From Spizellomyces punctatus DAOM BR117 (lineage: Eukaryota): DNA of 64,000 nt. Position 1 is the first letter of the stretch. The number at the start of each line of letters is the position of its first letter. A program made the position numbers and the translations under genes. Positions 35,561 through 48,740 of the stretch are shown here, piece by piece. The stretch is taken from the NCBI GenBank assembly GCA_000182565.2, contig KQ257458.1. The stretch is one strand, 5' to 3'. Below the pieces are notes generated by a model. That model searched no databases. It was not told the DNA's origin and saw only the letters and a program-made list of their open reading frames with translations.

Positions 35561-37339
35561 CGACAATGAAATGTATCTTCCTTGGATTCCCTTCATTTGA
35601 ACGTTGATCTATTAGAATTTCTACAATGAGCGCCGTTATTGGGCATCAAACTTTGGATGATTTTAGTACCGCATGTATTATTGTTGTTTTTGAATATCAT
35701 AAATGAATCTGCGCGTGGGCGGTGTTTTTCGTAACTTGAATCGGGTCACAGTGGCGTTCAGATGGGTGCAACGACACACCCAGGTGCAGTAGGCATTATA
35801 CGAAGGGATTTCATGGGAAGATTTCAGTCACCACGATGAGGAGCCCAAGGCTGCCAACGAGATGAAAGAGTCAACGCTGGAATTGAACTGTTAGCGTCGC
35901 AGCTCTTGTGGCTGATCGCGCACAATTATGATACTACAAGGTCATTATGCAGTGAGCCAAGCTGTCAAAAATGGATGTCAATATGGGCCGTTGCTGCCGT
36001 TCCTTTCCAGTTCTTATGGGAACAGCTTGGATGGGTCGCATATGGGAAGCGAGGGATTGATAGGCAACTGTCGGCCCCTTGGTATTATCAGCCTGTATGT
36101 TGTTGCTTCTATCGAGAGGGATAATGTAATCGAACCTACTACGGTGCCAAAGGAGGTCTTCAACGCTATGAATGCCAGGACACTTACGAACCAAGATCAC
36201 TGGACATCGCTCGGTTTGGCCGCTCGATCAATCTCTGCATGCAAGGCGGATGGTCGATGTTGCTGGCGCCAACCGAGACTGATTAGCATCCTTCAGATTT
36301 CATCTTTCTACACCTACCATATTCAGTGGACAAGAGACGATGATCGTGGTGTAGGAGGCGGAGCTTTGCAGCCCGCGGAAGACCTCATAGTCTTTTGTTT
36401 ATGGGTTCTCGTGCCGAGAGAACGGCAAGAGATGTCGTAAATAAAAGGCGAAACTAAGCGACCTACAGGATAGCGAAAGCGGCCGTCACTTGATATCTGG
36501 TGGAGAGCTAGGAGGACACTTGAGCAGGTCGTGACGTGTGCGGGTACCAAGTTCTGGAGGCAACAAGACAGTAGAGTGCCTCAATTAGTGACTTGACTGG
36601 ACACTTTGCCCTGGAATTGCTATAGAGTCCACCTCTTGAGACCTAAACGCTGTCTCACGATAAGACGACCACGCAGGATGACTGGGATGGCTATCTTAAA
36701 AGGCCCTGGGCTCAAAGGCTTGTTGTGGACTTTGCGAGTTGTTGGACTTTGATCGTTGGTACAAAAGACTATGAAACAGGTACTATAGGTTCTGCCCCAC
36801 CTGTTCTGGCTGTGGACAATCCAACTTTGATGATCGTTTGCTTTTTGGAACTTTTGGTCACTTTACTTGGTGTCCGAAAGCCAGGCCATTTGGCATCTGA
36901 ATTCTTTACAAAAAAGATCATCAATCATGCCGCAAGGCCCGCGACTGCACAGAGTCAACACACCATGTGCGGTCATTTTTGTTCTTTTTGTAGAGTTTGT
37001 TTATAAGCCATCTTTGTGCGTGGCAGCGAGTCATTTGCCGACTACCGCGGATTTGAAGCCTTGAAAGCTTTTAAAGTCCTGCCCTGAAGACAGCCGCAGA
37101 CAAGTGCCTTCAAACGGCCCTGATCCAAGTGACACGATCATGACTGTGCCGCTCAACTCATCCGTCGCGCCTTGTCCCTCAGCCCTGCAGACTTCACACC
37201 AATCAACACTTGCTGTCGGCCCGTGGAGAAGGGATAGGAATTCCACGTGGGGGAAGTCTCGGACTACTTGAGAGCTCTCAATCCTCTTCTCGCTCTCTGT
37301 CTGTACTTTGCGAATGGAGTGAGCTGCAAAAGTACAAGG

Positions 37340-39743
37340 GACATGTCAGTTGCGAACAGATCAAGCGAGATCACCTCAGGTCCCCAAACTCCGAAAGTCG
37401 CTGCCCGAAAGCACCGCTCGGCCACAGCCGCGTTTATTAAAAAAATATGGCGAAATAGGTAACCGCTCACCTCCTCTGTTCAACATGGTGACTGCCATCT
37501 TACCTGTTGGGCTTGTAGTGTCCTTCGCGTTACCAGGCCCCGGGCGAGTTTTTCGAACCTGCGCAGCATTGCTGAGACCGAAGCCGCGGAGGCGAAGCCA
37601 TCTTCTTTACGACATGCGTTTTCCTGTTCCGACCTCGAGCACGACGAGGAATGCGAAGTAGCTCCTCACCCTTCTGAATGCAAAGATGCCGAATCAAATG
37701 GCTCCCTTAGCGATATTAGTAGAGCGACACGCGGTGATGAAGAGGGAAACGTTCCTGAGGCAATAATTCAAGAACTGGAATCATTGATCGATGAAGCCAA
37801 GTCAAAAGCGCAAGCTATTCTTCCCCCAGTTGCAGTGTTATCTGTAAGTTCGCGATGATTTGCCCAAAGCATATGACTGTAGTTGCTGAACAAAGTAAAT
37901 ATATATACTACCACAGCACTCGGCAAGACAATCAGAAGCTTCCCTAGAGGGTGTGCACGACGCTGAAGAGGTCACCGAGGTGGATGTCCCCACGCAGTCG
38001 AACGATGATGATGAGGTAATCATTGTCATTGAAGAGGATGCCCTAGCTTACGATGATGAGGTGGAATGGGAAGACGCGGACTGGGAAGATGCCGAAGCAC
38101 GATCGGGTCTCACTTGGCGAAGGAAGTCCATGCGATCAATTTACACAGACGCTGGCAGCGTCTCGGGAATGTGGGTAGATGAATGTGACGAAGCGACGCA
38201 TTGCGATGCTGAAGTGCTGCCACACCGGCCACCGAAAAGCAAAAGGCGACGCTCACAACGTGCGACTCGACGATTTTCAACCTTCCGGGTTATGCGTCGA
38301 CGGAGTACCGCATCGAGCAAATTTATCACTTCGACAGTCATCCCACGAGCCGATGCAAACGATTTCAATAAGCGTAAGTCGAAGCGATATTCGCGCATCT
38401 CCATCGACAAATCTTTGTATCGACGCAGCGTATATGGTGACACACGAAGGCAATCCCAGCTCTCTGTCTTATATTCGGAGGCTGACGAAGAAGGATGGAG
38501 AAGAAAGCGACATGATTCAATTGGACACTCCAGTAACTTTACTAAGCAGTCTAGGTCATCTGCCGTGGAGTTACAGCCGGATGGACGCTCACGGCAGAGT
38601 ATTGGCCACAGGTCGCGGCTTTCATTCGCCTCACGTCGAAGGAGTAGTGCAGGGACTGGTGTATCGGTTGAACCAACCAAACTCCCTGCATTCTTGTCCG
38701 TTTACGATCATTTGATTGCGCAACATACTGCGAAGGAAAAAGGACAATCTCCACGCGAGGTGCAACCTGTAACCAATAACCGCCGCGCCTCGCGCATGTC
38801 GCGGCGCATATCGCGCATATCGCACCGGCGCTTCGACAGTATCAAAAAGCTGGACGAGCTCCTGGATGACATTGCCGCGTACTCATTTAATAACATTGCC
38901 ATTTACGAAGATTTGGACGACGCGTATGCTTGGGAAGCTGATGGCTATCCGGAAGGGGACGTTTCATCCATCTTGGAGGATGGAAACGAGGCCGTGTCTC
39001 CCGCTCAAAGTGAGATGGTCCCTACCCTGATAGCCGACACCTGCTCCTCTTCTACAGCATGTGAAAGAGATACCTCTGAAATCGTCGACAAGCAGACGAT
39101 ACCTCATATTTGCAGCTTACCTTCACCGCCGACATCAACTGATAGTGCATCCGTCACTGGCAAACCGATCATAATAGTGGACCTGCCTCCGTCCCCGCCC
39201 CGGTCAGACGATTCAGATTTTGTGTTCACCATAACCCAAGATACCCATTCTGGAAGCTCTGATCAGGCAGACGTTTCCAGTAGCTCGTCGCCAAGAATCT
39301 CCAACGATTCCCGCTCCACCAAGGCATCGAGGGCGATATCGGTGGTTGAACCAGATGCTTTGTCGCAGAATACACCCGTTCAAGAATCTTTACCAGAGGA
39401 GGATTCGACTCAGATTAACTGTAGGGCATCGATATCAGACAACCACCTACACCCAGAATCTTTCCAGACCCGGCCCAAGAAGAAAGGCATGCGACGCGTG
39501 TACTCCCGTGTCCGCCGTGTAGTGATTCGGAAGCGTGAGCAGCCTGCCATGGAAGTAAAACCGACGTTAGAGACGACAGACACCCAACCCATTATTGGAA
39601 GATTCTCGTACTCCTCTACGCCCTCAATTCTCAAAGTCGAACCTATATCGCCACCCTCCCCGCTAACTGTTCGCAAACACACACCAGAAAAGAAGCCGTC
39701 CTTGAAGAGATTTGTTAACAAAGTTCGCACCATAGTATTTTAA
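37340..39743 (+). CDS. Uncharacterised low-complexity, Ser/Arg-rich protein (start uncertain, multi-exon)
   Basis: 596-codon open frame 37953-39743 preceded by an intron (GTAAGT 37844...CAG ~37916) and an open upstream exon; no domain recognised. Confidence 0.6.
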
Positions 39744-41277
39744 GTATTTTGAAGTATTTGATATATATATAAAAGTTTTGAAGTAGGGTATTTTTGGTAG
39801 TCTGTAGTAGGAATTCCCCCGCCCTTAAGGCTAGTTATCCCAGCATATTTTTTTTGCGGAAAATTCCGTTCATATTTTGTACAGAGTATTTGAAGTTGTC
39901 TCCTTTGTCTCATTCAATAGGGATCGTCCTAAAAGTACACTGTCCGCGTTTTACGGCTGAACTGAGAATCTGTTGTAAAGCAAATTACCTCTAGGATCTT
40001 ATGTCGAATTAGACATGAATTCAACGGCAGCCAATCAGTCAGAGTCGAAAATATTCTGCGTTTGCAGTTTTCTGCTTGGTGGGAATATACATGACGGTTG
40101 CAAAAAAAATACCGACCCTCAAAGTGAGATAAACTCCCAGACGGGGAATCGAACCCCGATCTTCCCCGAACTGTCATCTGACAGGGGGAGATACTAACCA
40201 TTATACTATCTGGGACTTGTAGTTGCTTGTTTCATTGGACTTTCTGTCGTTGAAGACTGGAATGGAAAGGCCATTTAGGTGTTGGAGCTCGCCTGACACA
40301 TTTTGGGATGTAACTTCATGGAACGGTGCAGATAATGAAAATAGCTAGCGCAACCGTTAATATTCATGAAGCACATATGCGGCATAAATAAGGTTATTGT
40401 TGTTCCCTAGCTATGATCCAAATGGTAGTTGCTTTCCACGAAGGGAGAACCCGCGATGGTGCGAAGAAAAAGTGACCATCATAGATCCGATGGAATTAGC
40501 CCTAATAGCTATTTGGGTGATACAGTTCTCTCCGTATCCGGTTATGCCTGGTAAGCTTTTGGAGGTTGAGAACGTCGGTCCAGTATGTGTGTTGGACGAA
40601 TTGACAACAATGCACAGTGCAGCAAAAGAGTAAAAATAAAATGCGCGAGTGGACTTTCTCCGCCATCCTCACATTTAAAACCTCCATGGGAGGTGCACAA
40701 CGTTGCACTATTGCGTGTTTGTTGGACGATTGTTCCTTTTGGATTTATGGACTTATCATGATGTAAGGACCCTAAAAAAAGCGAAGACTTAATATCCACT
40801 CTCCAAATAGTGTTTTTTCTACCAAAATGCAAGATGGGGAATCGTCCTGTGCCTATTTGGCGCATGCGGCTTGGTGCTCCTAGTCAAATAATTCCTTCAA
40901 AGATGCGGCGAACGACAAAAGATGCAGCGTCGCTTCTGCATCGGCATACTACTATGCGACCGTTGAGCAGCAGATAAGACAAAGCGTCATGAGTGAGCTG
41001 TTCAAGGTGGGAAACCAAGTCAAAAATGAAACCAAGAAAGGAAACTGATCAGTTGTCCTGATTATTGACTTCAGTTTAACAAGTGGCGAAATTTTCGGAC
41101 AGCAGAATTAGAAGATAGTGGGCATCATAAGCGATCGTATCGGCCAACTTCCGTGACAGGTAAGATCCCGGTCTAAACGTTATAGCCAAGTGGCATACAC
41201 TATAAATGCGGTTTTGTGGTGAGGTGCATGGCGTGCATCCTGTTATATTTTAACGAGTCCTACTATGAAAGAGATAT

Positions 41278-42868
41278 TTACAAGACCTTATCAATGACGC
41301 GAACCCCATTCCCACTAATAAAACTTCTAGAGGACGACGGGTGCACCCCAACAGCGGCATGGGTATACATGGATAAGCTTGTATCCGCAAAAACGACCTT
41401 CGATTTAAACTGTGTATGAATGGATGTCAATCAAGGGCAATGAAAGATTGGTAGAGTAGAGGTGACAAGACCTTTTTTCCATAGTACCGATCTTGAGCTG
41501 TGTTGTTCACAACTTTCATAACCTGTACCTCATGATTAGGAACACGCAGGGGCATATCTCCCAACCGACGAGAAACGTTACCGCAAAGGGTGTGCCTTGC
41601 TCCTTATTCAATAAAGCCCTGCCGGCCTTCACGACATCCATAATACCGGACACGTACACGGCACCCGACTCAGGATCGACAGAAATCTGCTCACCCCATA
41701 TGGGCTATATGATACATGAGGATTTTTTGTCACAATAGTGGTCTCCTGGATGGACGGACGTACCACTTCGATTGTTTCGAGCAGCCGTAACCGATTGTTC
41801 TGTTTACGTTCGTAAATAAGGACATGGGGACCGGATGGGTCTACTACGTATATGCTTGTGGAAGAGGCCGCAATATCTGTTGGATAGGTGAGTCCTTCTG
41901 TTGCCACTCTGGAAGCATACGTGAATAAGTCGACGATGCATAAATAAACATCAACTAGAAGAAACCGACCTCGTCGTACCATCTTCACCCCGAAACACCA
42001 CACGGCCATTTGTTCCAATTAGTGCCTGATCTGTCACATAAAAGCTTTTTTCACCAACAGCGGCGATTCCCCCAGGCCGCGTAAGACCGATCTCGTCCCA
42101 TGGAATGGTTTCCAAATGAACGAATTGGGTGGTAGTCAAGGTGTGAGAGAAGATTTCGATTGTACGCTGACTAGTGAGGGTCATGAGGATGAGGGAGGAG
42201 GAGTTGGTTGGGTGAGGTGTTACGCTTATGGAGAAGGGGGGAGGGGAGTGCAATTTCGTGTTTTGAAGGGTGGGTTTGGATGTCTACTAGGTAAAATCAG
42301 TTGATGGTTGCGCAGATCACCGCATAAAGGAGAACGCACCTTCATATCAAGCACAACAATATTCGCATCCTTATTCCCAGCAGACTGTTCGTGAACTCTA
42401 GAGAACGGTGGGAACCATTTGTAGCTCCCTGGGAGGCTTTCACTACAGGCTACTTCAATGAGCACCAAACTACATTCGAAAATTGACCGTAGTTTAGCTG
42501 CGCTCAGACATACCCAAGAAAACCTGCCCAGTAGGTTGGTAAATTGCTGCTGCTCCACACCCTTTCAGAACAGGATCTTGAATACCCGTCACACCAGGAT
42601 AGTTAGTCAGTGCGGTGATTGACCAAGGCCCACGAGTTTACAAGGCAGCAGCATACCATCCAACACCTTCCAACCGTCCGTTCCAACGTCTCCGAGGTTG
42701 TTTCCAACCTGGTAAATGCTGTACAATGCTCTGCCTGTATCAGAGTTTTGGACTGTCAACCTTGGCGCATTGTGTTCACTTTGTAGATCCCATACCAGTT
42801 GGGTACAAGTACGCGCTCAAAACGCCCATAATCACTCCGAGAACCGTGACAACCGCTAAGGACACCAT
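41278..42868 (-). CDS. Paraoxonase/arylesterase-like beta-propeller protein, multi-exon
   Basis: Signal anchor MVSLAVVTVLGVIMGVLSAYLY; IEIFSH...HLETI; PGGIAAVGEKSFYVTD; GLTYPTDIA...IYVVD; ISVDPESGAVYVSG; TAA at 41278. Confidence 0.7.
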
Positions 42869-42984
42869 TGTGGGCCGGGTTTTTGGGTCTGAGATGAGGA
42901 AGATGTGTTCAAAGATAGGAGGACAGCTGTGCTGACCTGCGGACAGATCATTCCGCACGTGATCAGTGTCATTCAGGGAAGCCC

Positions 42985-43077
42985 ATATGTCCCCCTTTTT
43001 ATTTAGTGTAGAGGTGACAGAAAATGGCACTAGCTACTACACCAGGGAATAAACCAGCGACAACTGGTTCGGAAAAG
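42985..43077 (-). ncRNA. omegaRNA: ~74-nt scaffold (43077-43004) plus flank-derived guide AAUAAAAAGGGGGACAUAU
   Basis: CTTTTCCGAACCAG-TTGTCG-CTGGTTT-ATTCCCTG-GTGTAG...CTACAC-TA: two stems, ending in CACTA at the element end, the architecture of the SpuFz1 omegaRNA as recalled. Confidence 0.8.
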
Positions 43078-43742
43078 CCAACTAAGCTACTACTAGGCAA
43101 TTATACACGCAATACGTAACGGTTGGTTCTAACCGGATAATTGCCCACCACCACACACGGTCCTTACTAGGCCTTGATCCAGAACTCTTGATGGCATTGA
43201 AGCCAGACTCTTGCATCCAGGAGCGAATCGACTGGGCAGCATCACAAGCTGGAGGATGTTCAGTGACAAGGCTTGGAGACTAAAAACTGCATGTCAGAAG
43301 ATGACCCAATGACAAGAAATAAAATGATGCAATCAGTACATACCAACCAAGCTCAACTAATGTGGCAGTATAATAGCAGCTTTGTTGGTTCCGAGTGATT
43401 GTTGCTGGTTCCAGTTGGTTGTAGTCATCGGGAGGGTGAGGTCCTCGGCACCACCACATCTGCATTCTCATGGTTGACCGAGTCGCGATGAGGGTTGCGA
43501 TGTGGGTTGTGATGATTGCACAGATGGTTTGAGAGTCGAGGATGGGTAAAGAGGAAAGAGGGAGCAGGTCTCTTTTATAGACCTTTGGCATGCGCCTCAC
43601 CGCAGTTTAAAAAAAAAAAAACATTACATTAGCATGCCACACCGTTTTGAGCGATAGAGGGGGTGCTGATTATGCGATATGATTAACTGGATTATCCGGA
43701 TAATAATGGGTCTTAGTGCCATTTTCAATCACCTCCACACTA
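43004..43742 (-). mobile_element. Fanzor-less 'ghost' element (MITE-like) with 29-bp TIRs and a TA target duplication
   Basis: 43004-43032 TAGTGTAGAGGTGACAGAAAATGGCACTA vs reverse complement of 43714-43742 TAGTGTGGAGGTGATTGAAAATGGCACTA (26/29); TA at both termini; shares ~58 nt with the 3' flank of Fanzor copy B. Confidence 0.88.
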
Positions 43743-43980
43743 TATTCTGCCCATGTTCATACCCACCCCAAATTATTCTATTCTTACGCCGATAAAATAT
43801 TCAAAAGACAGGTCCCATTTGTCCCTCATCCACCATACCGTCAATTTCCCGGCGATCCCGCGCCAGGCACGATGCATACGCCAATTGCTTCAAACTTAGT
43901 GGCCCATCATCTTGCTTATCTAGCACGGACCGGAAGACTTTGACATACCGATCAACTGTGCGTTCCAGAAACTGCTCTAC

Positions 43981-44787
43981 CTAAAACAAAAGTAAGATGC
44001 CAGGATATTGAGACAAGATGCACGTAATAGCATACACAGACATGATGTCCACGCTACGTACCTCCTCAAAACTCTTGGCGACACTCATAAATCCATCTAC
44101 ATCCGCCAAAAATTGCCCTCGAGCCAACCGTCCTCGGACATTAACTTCCTGTGGCGTAGGTTGTACATCCGTTCCTAGCCCAAACGTTCTCAAATGCCAG
44201 TCCCGATGCTTGGACCAAACTTCCGGATTAGGTGCGGTGTTGTTGGACAGCGACATTATCGTTTTTAGTATTGACGTTTTGGACGATGTCCGGACCAGTT
44301 CAAGGGTTACTTCGCGGTCAATACATGTTTGCGATCCTGCCAAGAGAAGGACGTAGGATGTGAGGGCACCTGTGGTGATATAAGTAATTTCGGTACCGAG
44401 TTTGCGGTTTTGGTCTGGAACGAGGACTTCACTGTCGACAACGAGGTTGGCGCTAGCGGTGGTTGGAGTGGGCGGTGGGTCTCCACCTATTGGGACGACA
44501 ACTCCCAGTGCATCTTGGTCGTAACGTGTGTGTTGAATTCGGGCGAAGCCTTGGGAAGCAGTTATCCGGAACCGGTCGGTCGTCATAAAGCGCCGATAGG
44601 GCGTTTTCAGTGTCAAGTTAAACTCCATAGTGGGCACGTTGGTTAGTAGTCTACTCCCAACTGAGCCGAGTTTTCTGCCGCTAATTGCACTGGGTACGTG
44701 AATAAAAGCAGAAGGCCAACGTTGAAAGGGGCCTCTGAGACTACTATGATTAGTATTAGGTAAGCTGATCATGCACATGTCAGACAT
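43981..44787 (-). CDS. Hypothetical protein (ends uncertain, probably spliced)
   Basis: 268-codon ORF with protein-like composition; no motif recognised. Confidence 0.45.
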   Translation of the reverse strand: MSDMCMISLPNTNHSSLRGPFQRWPSAFIHVPSAISGRKLGSVGSRLLTNVPTMEFNLTLKTPYRRFMTTDRFRITASQGFARIQHTRYDQDALGVVVPIGGDPPPTPTTASANLVVDSEVLVPDQNRKLGTEITYITTGALTSYVLLLAGSQTCIDREVTLELVRTSSKTSILKTIMSLSNNTAPNPEVWSKHRDWHLRTFGLGTDVQPTPQEVNVRGRLARGQFLADVDGFMSVAKSFEEVRSVDIMSVYAITCILSQYPGILLLF

Positions 44788-44917
44788 CAGGCTTATTAGC
44801 CAGCATGGGCTACAGACTCAACTATTATCAGCGGCCGTGCACTTCAGCATTTACTTGCTTCCTCCGTTGTCATGACCTCTACATTCACGAGTGCCCTTAT
44901 TTACTTAACCGTCCTAT

Positions 44918-47561
44918 CTATTTTATCCCTATAAACTCTACCAAAAATTCAGCTATAGCCTCAAAACCAAATCTCTCAGCTTCCACACCGTCTAAAGCGT
45001 GTCCATTATCGGGATATGTCATTACCCTACCATGGTACTTTAGCGATCAACTGCAGATCGGTGTAAAAACAGCAGCAACCGGTAAATCACATACCTAATA
45101 TCAACTCCGCCTCGCCCTTTCAGGTAGTAGTACCAGTTCATTCCCTCGTAAGGTGGTACACGCCGATCATTCTCTCCTAGCATAAGGAGCGAAGGCGTTT
45201 TAACATGCTGTGCAACAGAGATAGGAGATTTGGGCCAAATCTTCGAATAGATTTCCGGAGTTGTAAGTGGCGGCTGGGCCAGGTTGTAGGTAATACCCGC
45301 TTCAGCCAAGGACCAGTCAGGAATGTCAGACTGGGCAAGATTGGAGCCCATGTTGATGACCGGATTGCGAAGGACACATGCTTTGTAGTAGTCAGGATAT
45401 TTCCCTATGAGCCAGGCGCTGACGAAACCCCCGTGAGAACCGCCCCATATTGCTACACGATCTGCGTCAACCTTTTTTCCAAGAAATTAAGTTCTATAAC
45501 ATAGCAAAGTCGTACAAACGCGCAGACTCACCTCTCCAGACGTCCGAACTTGTTCGGCAACAAACTACCGGCCAAGAACAAAGTAAATAAGGATCCATGC
45601 ATAGGGTGTATCCTCCGAACCCACCTGCGTATCTTCAACCTCCATGTCACCGACTCTACCAACCAGGCAATCGACGCCATCCTTCCCAAACCCAATACTG
45701 CCACGATAATTCACTAGAATGATTCCAATCCCCAGTTGCACCAAACAGTAGTTGTAGATGCTGAATTCACTTGTGAACGCTCCATGCGGACCGCCGTGGG
45801 GATAGACAAGGAGGGGCGGTTTCTCACCCTTGACAACTGTTTTCGACTGTGTCGAACTTGGGAGCAGCAGTATGGCCTCCAAGATGGGAGATCTAGAATC
45901 GTACGTGATGGTACGCCAGATGAGTGGCTCAACTGGTGGGGAAGGACTGTGCGCCAGGTGCAGTGTGATGGATGCCGAGGTTGCCGTGAATTGCAACCTT
46001 CCGATGTGCTAGACACACGCCAAGAACATTAGAATAGGGTTTTCTGTTACAACATCGCGATGTTGCTCAGGGCACTCACCACTTCATGTGGTGTCCCTGG
46101 ATCGCTTCTGACGGCGACAACCCAATTCTCCTTCACGCCTAGTAACGTCCAAGATCCGGTTTCCACGTTTGGGCACAGGTCGATTACCTTTCCCGTTGAC
46201 GCATGCACCGCAATAACGGTTTTCCGGCTTCTCCAATTGGTGTGGGTAATGATCCACTGTGCATCTCCTGTCCCCACAACCGCGTCTGGCGCAAATCGGT
46301 CGACGAACAAACCCGGAAAGTCGGTGGGTTCCGGCTTCTCTACTTCAGGAAGCACAATCCTCCTCGACTTATCAGCGAATGAATACGATATTAATTCCCC
46401 ACAGGGAAAGTGAGGACCACCGATCGGGTTAGAAATGTAGAACTACATTGCTATACGTCAATAATCCCGCATGAATCCCTGGCATAACAGGCAGTTCACA
46501 TACCAGTGTTTTACGTGCACTGTCAAAGCGAGGCGACCGAGCAGATTCGTCCTCAGCACTAATGCGGATGAGGTTTTCGCCTTTAATGCCTGTTTGATAG
46601 ATTCCGCTCCTGTGTTGATTGCTCAGGTCAGCCTTGTGCAATATTGCGGCAAGCCAAAAATACGTACAATCGATTAGGACAAAACAGTATTCCATATTGT
46701 CTGGGATGCGTTTTCACCCCCCAGAAGATCAGACTGTCATCGTTCGGACCAAATAGGACCTAAATTTGAGCAATGTCAATAACTCATCGATTTCGGGCAC
46801 ATTTATGGAGCTCACCTGTCCAACAGCCAAATCCTCTTGATCCTTCACCACAGTAATTTCTTCTGTGTCCAGGTTACATAAGACAATTGCCGGCGCTGCT
46901 TTCTTGGTGAACTTTTCCCCCCAGTCTGGCTTGAATTTGAACTTGTCGGGACCTTTAAGGTCTGGAAGTTTTCTCTCCGCGACATAAGCGACGGTAGATT
47001 CCGTAGAAGAGAGTGCAATGGAGCCGAAAGTGTCTGCAGCAACCTTGGCTTAGATACGAAAATGACCCTTTTGAGTGACATATAACATTACCGTCAGTGT
47101 AAAAGTCTCCGTGTTTCTCGGTTACTTCGATGCTTTTCACGATTCTCCCCGACTGCCAGATCTTTTGATACAATTATCAATGTACGGCAGAACCTGAATG
47201 ATTCTCACGCAATAGTGTGTACCTGAACGAACCGTCTCTTCCCATTGTTCCCCTTTTCCTTATCAGGTACGCTCTTCAATACTACCCATCGTTTCCCATC
47301 TTTCATCCCAATCAAAAGATCTGTGCCGTCTGCAACTTCACTACTGAATCCTTCTTGAATGTTCTTGCCATCGTCGGTGACGGCAAGCTCTGTAAAGAGC
47401 CTTGTTCGCGTGTTGCGGTCGAGATCTCTGACTGTAGACACAAGGAGAACGCGTGCTCCACCTTCGTTCGGAAAGATATGAGAGGCAGAAAACGACGGGA
47501 GAGTGGCTGTAGACTTGTAGAGAGACAAGATGGGCGACGAGTTGTTTGATGTCTCCCCCAT
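44918..47561 (-). CDS. APEH: Acylamino-acid-releasing enzyme / S9C peptidase, multi-exon
   Basis: LLVYPHGGPHG, VNYRGSIGFG, WGGSHGGF (nucleophile Ser), RNPVIN, KSPI...VKTPSLLMLGENDRRVP, YPDNGHAL. Confidence 0.9.
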
Positions 47562-48740
47562 TGTGAAGGCAACTAATTCTGATAACTCAAGCTTTATTGT
47601 AATTAAAACCAGTTTAGTAAGATTTCAGCGAAAAGATCGGAGAGAGAAAGGTTGAGGGTATCCTCTCAGCGCCTGTGAAAAGTCAGATGGCAGTCCATAA
47701 CAGCCCATCGTTAGTGCCATGGCTGGGCACCTCTTTAACTTTACAGGCTCGGGGAGCGATGCAGTCGCGACTGAATTCAAGCAAATCGCATTACCTTTGC
47801 TGCCCTCAAGACATACCCTCAACCTCGTTCCCTCGTTGAACGTCAATAGTCATCCAATACTTACAGTTGGTGTTAATCCCGAATTATCATGTCCTCTCCA
47901 GGAGGGCGAAAGTACGCAACGCATGAGTCATGCAGCTCACGTAATCCTATCCGATCACTGGTGTTACAACGGCAGAATAATTCTAGAATTATGACATCGA
48001 AAAGACTTAACACCCAGGCAGGCTATCCTTGTACGCACACTGGGCAAGATGAAAATGTATTATAGATAAATAGCGGGGTATAGGTCTTTGTTACCGTAAT
48101 CGTACGCTAAATTCTGGGCATCTGAATACATGACCGTGAACAAGGAGCTGTTGCTGCTAAGGGTAATGACGATTGTTGCTGCATGGTGGGATCCAATGCT
48201 TGGATATTCATGTCTAAAGTGATGAGTTCAACTGTGCTATGCAATGTGATGCGATGCCGTGTATCTTGAACGAAGCGATATCTCAATGCAATGCGACGCA
48301 AACAATACAAATAAAGCGCAGACAAGGAGCAGTTGAAAATCTCTTGCGGCCCGTTGCCACACGTTTTTTCTGTTCTGCCGAATGCTGTCCAATTGTGGAA
48401 ATACATGGCGTATTGTTGTCATGGCAACATTATGACTCCACACATTCATGGCTTCGATAATGGGATTTTGAGGGTCGGATTTCTCCCATATACATACGGC
48501 AAAACGCTTCTTTTTTTTGGCATCTCATCTAGCACTATAGCCCACGCTCTTCCCCTGAACGACGAGGAAGGCACTAGAGCACATACGAGTCTGTTAGCAA
48601 GAGGCATTTTGGCCATATTTCAGATAGGTAAGACATTGACAAATGGACCGAACTACGACTGTGAACTGCTCTTTTGTCACGCGTAGTTCATAGCAAAACG
48701 ATGCATCTCACCACTGGTGCATCTTTCCAGATTCACAGCC

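Noticed and set aside
35700-36700. ORFs of 70-170 aa in the PNS1 downstream region
   Set aside because: No motifs, repeats or splice-supported structure recognised.
43143-43153. 11-bp match (TGGTGGTGGGC) between the ghost interior and 2071-2081
   Set aside because: Short and low complexity; expected by chance.
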